Part shown: positions 46,921 through 53,622 of the stretch, piece after piece
Layout of the letters: each line of letters starts with the position of its first letter
How positions within the stretch are numbered: position 1 is the stretch's first letter
From: Chiloscyllium plagiosum
Taxonomy: Eukaryota
Direction: 5' to 3'
Assembly (NCBI RefSeq): GCF_004010195.1
Contig: NC_057718.1
Span: forward strand, 75,473,295 to 75,526,916
Length of the DNA stretch: 53,622 bases
Notes under the pieces: generated by a model
Told to the model about the DNA's origin: nothing
Seen by the model: only the letters and a program-made list of their open reading frames with translations
Databases searched by the model: none
Program-made: the position numbers and the translations under genes

Positions 46921-49595
46921 CTCCCGAGCCAGATCCTCCCAGTCATCAGTATGTCCCCCCAGCAGGAACCACACATTACCTTACGGGTGACTGGAAATCC
47001 AATCCTGTTTATGATTGGAATGGGAGCAACCATTTCCGCCCTCGATCAGGAGATTGTGAGGGATCAAGGATTTCAGTTATCAGGTGAGACCATGGCCCTT
47101 GCTGAGTTTGGGGGAACAAGCAGAATATATCATAAAACCGTGCCACTGGAAGCTACGTTCTGCAGGTGGATCTGTACTATTTCTTTCACAATAACAATTA
47201 AGTTTGAATGGATAGGAGGGATCTGCTCTGTCTCCTAGGAGTTGAGATCATCTGTCCAGATGAAGGAATAACTTTGGGGCTGCACAGCCGAATGCAATAT
47301 CCCCAGTTTGCGGTTCCCCAATGGTGGAGGCTTAGCTGTTCCCCCATGTGATGGTTTGCTATGATTCCAATGGATGTTCCACAGAACATAGCTAGTATTA
47401 CACTCCATTTCAGGGCATGGAATTCTCCATTTCAGGAAGGCTCTGCTTATCTTGTTCGGATCCCAGACTACCTGTGATGGCAGACGTTGTTGGCAGTCCC
47501 ACAAAACACTCGAACCGTTGACCCTGAGTATAAACCGAAAGACTAAGGTCATCTTGCCTACACCCCGACTCAACTCACTTCAGACACCAAAGAACTGAGG
47601 CAACACTTTACAGGGGACTGCTTGAAATATTGAGAAATCCCACAACAGAAAAATGGCATTCTGACGGAATCAAAGAAATTAAATGCCAGTTGTGGGCTGC
47701 CTCTGGCCATGAGGTTGGCTATGCCCCTTGTGATCCAGTACAGTTAAAATTAAAAGATAATCAGACTCTGCCCTCAATTCCACAGTATCCCATTAAGCTG
47801 GAGGTGGAACAAGGAATCCAGATCCTTATTAACTCTTTCCTGGCACAAGGTATTCTGGTCCCATGCAAGTCATCTTGCAACCTCTTGATCTTTCCAGTCC
47901 CCAAACCAGGTCGATGGGACTGCCAATTTGTGCAAGACCTGAGGAAGATCAATGTTATTCTTGCACCCTTACACTCCCATGTCCCAAAGCCGGCTACTAT
48001 TTCAAGTTGCATACCTGCTGATGCCTGCATTTTTACGATTGTTGACCTACAGCACACATTTTTTGCCATTCTGCTGCACCCACATTCTTAATATTCATTT
48101 GCCTTCACCTACCAGGGCCAGCAGTCCACTTGGACATGCCTGTCCCAAGGTTTTGTCCATTCTCTGACTCTATTCTCGCAAACCCTCCATGGTCAGTTAT
48201 GGACCCTGGACCTCCCGTAGGAATCGATAGTTGTCCAATATGTCAATGACCTGCTTGTCACCAGTAGAAGATTGTCCAACTGTGAGACAGTACTGCTGAA
48301 CTTCTTGCACTCCCTCAGGTATATGGTCCCACCCCATATGGTAAAACACTGTCAGGAAAATGTTAAGTTTTTGGGACTTGTCCTCTCTGTAGGGGAATGG
48401 AAACTGACAGAGGACATCGTACAGTCCATTGCTGGGACCCTGCCGCCTATAACCCCTGAACAGATGTGAGCTTTTGTCAGACGTTTGAATTTCTGTAGGT
48501 AATGGATTCCGAATGTTGCCCTCCATACTCGCCTACTGATCCCACTGGCATCAGCCAATGCCCCTCCCAGCTTTACACTTGCAGCTGAGCAACTGACAGC
48601 CTTTACAGAACTGTTCAACTCCCTTCTGCAAGTCCTGACTGACCGTTCCAATTGTATGTCACCGTTAAAGATTGGTGTGCCACTGCCATCCTCACCCAAA
48701 CCCACAGTGACAGGAAGTGATCAGTGGCATATTAGTACACTAAACTGGACCCAGTGGCAGCCGGCCTCCTGCTCTGCTCACAGGTACTTCCTGCTATACA
48801 TGTTCTCATATCTGCCGCTTCAAATATAACCCGCCATCAGCTGGTTGTGGTTTTAACCCCGCATTCCGTTGTTGACCTTTTCACCTCCCAGCAGACTCAA
48901 GATCTAACACAGGCACACCAGGATAAATATGCCCTACTCAACAATCCACTAGCGACCTTCTCCAATTGCACCACCTTGAATTCTGCTACATTCTTGACAG
49001 AACCCCCTCTCCCGACCACGACTGCCTATTATGGAATCACCTTTTTGCCTCAGGTCATGGTGATTTAGCCGACGTTCCACTTGAACATGGAGACTTCACT
49101 TTTTACGTGGTTGGCAGCTCCTTTGTTTCACCAACAGGTCAGTGATGTTCCAGATACGCGATTGCCCCGGACTCTGAAGTAGTTGAACACATGGCATTTA
49201 AAACTGCACTGTCAGCACAGAAGGCTGAATTGTTTGCCCTCACTCAGGCTTGTATCTTGGCGCAAGGGAAATCGGCCAATATTTATTCACAGTCTCGCTC
49301 CGCTTTCGGCATTACCCATTATTGCAGCATCATATGGGAGCATAGTTGATTTTTAACCTCCATGGGGCAACCCATTAGTAATGCTGTTTTTGCGCATAAT
49401 CTCTTGCAGGCCTTACAGTTACTGTCCAGCCTAGTGGTGATCAAATGTTCAGCTCACACTGGAGCAGCTGACAGAGTCTCCAAGGGCAACACGCAAGTAG
49501 ATGCTGCTGCCATGGCTGTGAAAGTGCAAGGACAACCCCAGTGGATCCACAGAACTTACTGCAAAAGAGTAAATGTGGAAACAGAGAACGATTAG
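46921..49595 (+). pseudogene. pol: ERV pro-pol (protease, RT, RNase H, integrase C-terminal stub)
   Basis: PR FMIGMGATIS (DTG decayed); RT QYPIK, FVQDLRKIN, VDLQHTFF, LSQGF, QYVNDLL; RNase H SAQKAELFAL, KCSAH, GNTQVDAAA; IN tail AVKVQGQPQWIHRTYCKRV. Confidence 0.92.
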
Positions 49596-50520
49596 AGACA
49601 AAGATATATTCCATACCTGTGACTTTGGGGGATGTGACTTTGGGAGTAGACAGATTTCAAACAAACACCCATGCACATAATACTTTTTTGCATTTGGCCT
49701 ATCAGACGGGGCGAGACACTAATTGATGGCTATGTGCCCACATGCCACCCCACTCGGGGAGGGAGTTGGGGGAGTGTATTCCTTTGTGGCCTGTATCTTT
49801 TTGCTGGCACGTGGTGGCCGAATGGCTACTACACCGGAATCTTTCAGGTGATCCTTCTAACACCGATGGTGCACAGGAATGGCAGTCAGCAGGGTATAAA
49901 ATGACATTATTCAGGGATTGGTACCAGCCTAACAACAACAGATTGCCTAGATCTCCCTCCCTTGTCGTTATTAACAACATCACTGATGACGGGAAGGGAA
50001 ACCCTCTAAAGGCACTTATGTGGAGGCAAGTAAGTATTCCATCGATATTCCCTGGGTTGAGACTGTTCAGAATTTAATGAAATATGGCTACTTTGTGTTT
50101 GATTGGTCTGCCATTCAAAATAAGACATCAGGCTCCCTCTGGAATAACCCTGCTCCCAGGTTATAGGGGGTTTCAGTTTCCAACTTTACATCCAACAATG
50201 ACACATATTTTATTTGAGAGCAAAAAGCCCACTTGTGTTAAGCTACAAATGTTGTTGGAGCTGCACCCATTCAGGTAAATGGGGAGCATTCCATCACACT
50301 CCTGACTTGTACCTTGTTGATGATGGACAGACTTTGGAGAATCAGGAGTTGAACTACCTACCACAATATTCCTATCCTCTGAGAGAAAAAAAAATGAGCA
50401 GAATAGCTTATATTCTCCAGAATTTAAAAGAATGAGGTGGATTCATTAAAACAGACTAAATTTTGAAGAAGGTCAATACTGAGAGTCTGGTTCACCTGGC
50501 TGGAGACTGTAGGTGCAGGG
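49541..50520 (+). pseudogene. env: ERV env remnant (gamma-type SU)
   Basis: NTFLHLAYQTGRDTN*WLCAHMPPHS is a CWLC (CXXC) motif with its first Cys mutated to TGA. Weak TM-like TCVKL..KCC at ~50230. Confidence 0.65.
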
Positions 50521-50529
50521 AATGGTCCA

Positions 50530-50790
50530 AAAATAAATGAGCTATTTCGGGCTGAGATAAAGGGAATTATGTCTGTGAGAGGGTGTCACACTTTATCTCA
50601 CAGGACTCTGGAAGCTCAGTCAACTAATATAGTCTAAATTGGCATCAATATATTTTTAGGCATTAAGAAAATTAAGAGAAATGGATATGGGCTTGAATAG
50701 AAATGATATAGAAGTTCAGCCATTATCTATTGAATGGCAGACCAAGTTTGTTAGATCATAGGGTCACACTTTACTATTTTAATGTTTTAT
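50530..50790 (+). mobile_element. Old CR1 3' end
   Basis: FRAEIKG..ERV..EAQSTNI..IFLGIKKIK followed by ttcagccattatctattgaatggcag. Confidence 0.65.
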
Positions 50791-52019
50791 TTTCCTTGCT
50801 CTTGAATGTCAGCATTTATACTGTAGGGTCCAACTCAAACAAATCTCTTGCTATAGGGCAACAAACAGTATTTCTGTTAGTTTTCTAAGAATATGTGTGA
50901 ATCGAAGTGGATAATGAATCTGACCAATTCAGAAGAAAATTAGTAATGACTCACAAAAGCAGAGTTGATGAAGTAAAAATGATTTTAGAAAGGGTCAACG
51001 AGGATGCTGATTACTTGATATGCACGACTGCCATAAAGCCAGAGGATAAAACAATGCACTTTCATTTCAGAAGTGATAAACATCTGTCACAGGCCAAGGC
51101 TCTGTGATAGGAAATCAAGACTGAAAAGAAAAGAACATCGGAGCAAAAACTAAATAATGGAATTACAATTTGGAGACTGCCATTAAAAAAAAGGCCTTGA
51201 TGGTGTCAGTCGTTTCCACAAATGGTTGAAGCAATTTGTTTTTGGGCAAGATGACTGTCTGATTTTCTACTTTCACGACACAATCCTTAGTATACATTTG
51301 TGAACAAATCCTCGTGACTATTCCCCTGAACTAAAACTTTGGCTTGATACAAATAAATGATACGTTATCAATAATAAATGCTGTTGTTTTCATTTCACAG
51401 CCAGCAGATATTGTGCGATTCAATTAGCACTTGCAGAGAAAAATAAGGGGCATCCTATGTTTACTGTCATCACCACCAGGTCATTTTATTTAGATTTGTT
51501 TCAGAATATTGCTCCCACATTACATCCAAAAACCTAGTGTTTTATTTAAATTGAGGTGCACTCAGCTGGACCTGCCAGGTGCTTGCTCACAAAAATTGTC
51601 TGCGCAGGCACACCCTATGTTCTAGAAGATTCTGAATCATTGTGGAAGGCAACCTGCAGTGTACAATCCAAACAAAAAATTTGTACATCCCTTGCCAAAG
51701 GTTGGACATGGGCCCTGAATCAATGCTTTTTTAAAAAAAGGTCACTCAGCATTTGCAGCTTAATTAGATTTTCAGAAAGTACAATCTAGAGTTTTTGAAG
51801 TGCTGGAGGAATTAGTACTAGTGGCTAAGAAGGCATGGATGCAGTTGTTACAGTGCCCCTTGATCTGCAACCCTAACTGGACATGAAGGAGAAGATGCAA
51901 AAGTAGGAAGGAGTCAAGGGCTCTCCACAGAAAGTCCAACCTATCGGGGTTTTTCAGACTTCACCTGTCCCACAATCAATACCCAAGCTGACTAGGATTC
52001 AACAAGGTTGTGGTCCATA

Positions 52020-52100
52020 TTTAGAATTATAATATCCTTTATTGTCATGTGTACAGGGGTACAGTGAAAGGTTTACAATATCAATTCTGATAGCACCATC
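52020..52100 (-). mobile_element. Rex1/Babar-like 3' tail fragment
   Basis: tttattgtcatgtgtac...tacagtgaaa, as at 8014 and 16850. Confidence 0.55.
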
Positions 52101-52238
52101 CTAGGTACAGAGTATTTAGGTACAAATCTTAGATATAAAATGAGGCATAAAAAAGCTGCACTACCTTCAGTTAGAAATAAGACAGTTAAAAGCATAAACA
52201 TTACACTCAGGTAAACAGATTACCGATAAATGTTACAT

Positions 52239-52365
52239 AGCGAAAGCGAAGACTGCAGATGCTGAAGATTAGAGTCAAGACTAGAGTGGTGCTGGAAAAG
52301 CACAGCAGGTCAGGCAGCATCAGAGGAGCAGGAAAATTGACATTTCGGGCAAAAGCCCTGATGAA
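52239..52365 (-). mobile_element. Short PLE-derived hammerhead insert (family A) with micro-inverted core
   Basis: 7-bp TSD gttacat (52232 / 52366). Ends tttcgggcaaaagccc-tgatgaa where other copies read gccc-ttcatca. Confidence 0.85.
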
Positions 52366-52929
52366 GTTACATTGCAGTAACTCAGCGCATGGGGCTTCCA
52401 CATGTGCTCTGACTGGCCTTGCAAGCTGCTGATGGTCTACACTAGAACTCAGTCCGACAAACATCCCTGCTCTGCTTCGGCTTTGAGCTGCTCCGCTCCA
52501 ACTCCAGAACTACTGAGTGCTAGAATTAATAGCAATAATGGCAGCGGTCTGAGTCTACATTACAATAAACTCAGCTTGAAACGCAACATGGACAGACCTC
52601 AGGACTTTCGTCTAAGTTGGCACTCCAGCACTGAAATGTTGTGTAGCTTTCATCTGTACTGTAGTTGAATCTCAGTCAGTGGTATTCCAATGCTCCATCC
52701 TGATCAGATGTGCTAATACAGTCATTGGATTGGCCATCATCATGTCCATAGTAATAGCATCCCAAAATTAGGGTAAAAGGCTCAAGGTTCAAAGTCCCTC
52801 TCAGGACTTGATGGCCATGGTGGATGTCCCATATTGACATCAATGTGTTGATATATCAATCTGTTAAACCATTTCCAGTAGAACTGTGGTAGGTGGTAAG
52901 AATAGGAAATCTCCTTGGTCAGACATGTT

Positions 52930-53195
52930 ATGCTACTTAAATAAGAACCCATGGTTTTAGAGATGATGCATCAGAATGGATAAGGGATTGACTAAACAAT
53001 AGAAGACAGAGTTGAAAGGCATTTTTCTGAATGGCAACCTGCACCTGGAGGAGTGCTACAGTGATTAATGCTGGGGACAAAATTATTGATAATATATTAA
53101 TGACTTCGATGAGGAGAGTATATGAACTATAACAAAGTTTGCAGAATATACAAAAATAGGTGGGAAGGCAAATGGTGAGAAGACTTCATCTGCCA
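52930..53195 (+). mobile_element. Old CR1 RT fragment
   Basis: WIRD*LNNRRQRV, GVLQ*LMLG, YINDFDE, KFAEYTKIG. Confidence 0.75.
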
Positions 53196-53199
53196 TAAG

Positions 53200-53622
53200 C
53201 ATCGGGAGGCAGAGGGCGTCATAGATCGGAGCTTTAGGGAAGTAGTAACTCCAAAGATTGCAGACAGATGGGTGACAGTGAGGGGGACTGGGAGGAAGCA
53301 GCCAGTGCAGGGACCCCCTGCGGCAGTTCCCCTCAAGAACAAATATACCGTTTTGGATACTTGTTTGGGGGAACGACTTACCAGGGGTAAGCAATGGGGT
53401 TCAGGCCTCTGGCACGGAGCCTGTCCCCGTTGCTCAGAAGGGAAGGGTGGAGAAAAGCAGAGCAATAGTTATTGGGGACTCGATAGTTTGGGGCACAGAT
53501 AGGCGGTTTTGTGGGGGCGAGAGAGACTCACGTTTGGTATATTGCCTCCCAGGTGCAAGGGTACGTGACATCTCTGATCGTGTTTTCCGGGTCCTTAAGG
53601 GGGAGGGGGAGCAGCCCGAAGT
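53200..53622 (+). mobile_element. Young CR1 ORF1 (esterase) region, runs off the window end
   Basis: VPLKNKYTVL, AIVIGDSIV, CLPGARVRDISDRV; CpG-rich. Confidence 0.9.

Larger units (their letters stand above)
43957..50520 (+). mobile_element. Endogenous retrovirus, class I (epsilon/gamma-like), internally deleted, no 3' LTR visible
   Basis: LTR-PBS-gag-pro-RT-RNaseH-(IN tail)-env order, with motifs listed in the sub-features. Confidence 0.9.

Noticed and set aside
44618..49595. Foamy (spuma) virus assignment suggested by the Lys1,2 PBS
   Set aside because: The Gag zinc knuckle, in-frame gag-pro stop and CWLC env motif are class-I features that foamy viruses lack
50555..50600. Possible polypurine tract and 3' LTR start of the ERV
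   Set aside because: Following sequence does not match the 5' LTR and translates as a CR1 C-terminus
1..53622. Prokaryotic operon, CRISPR array or defence system
   Set aside because: No long ORFs and no regularly spaced repeat-spacer array. The recurring CTGATGA...GAAA motifs are dispersed retroelement inserts in vertebrate DNA.

Overview
Eukaryotic, repeat-saturated genomic DNA, very probably from a shark or other elasmobranch (inferred from HE1-type V-SINEs, a Deu-domain SINE and abundant CR1 LINEs). No intact host protein-coding gene is recognisable, and nearly all ORFs in the supplied track are pieces of decayed retroelements. The window is a nested mosaic of CR1 LINEs (one near full length with an SGNH-esterase ORF1), Rex1/Babar LINEs, an older CR1/L2-group LINE, V-SINEs, a Deu-SINE, a decayed PIF/Harbinger transposase and a solo LTR. 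It also holds a ~6.5-kb internally deleted epsilon/gamma-like endogenous retrovirus (5' LTR, tRNA-Lys PBS, gag, in-frame TGA, pro-RT-RNaseH, integrase deleted, env remnant). The most striking signal is a set of about 15 Penelope-derived inserts carrying minimal type-I hammerhead ribozymes in four sequence families with covarying stems. Many are only 90-350 bp, are flanked by target-site duplications (TSDs), and have their 5' end or fold-back junction at the ribozyme core. All calls were made by eye, and boundaries of old repeats are approximate.
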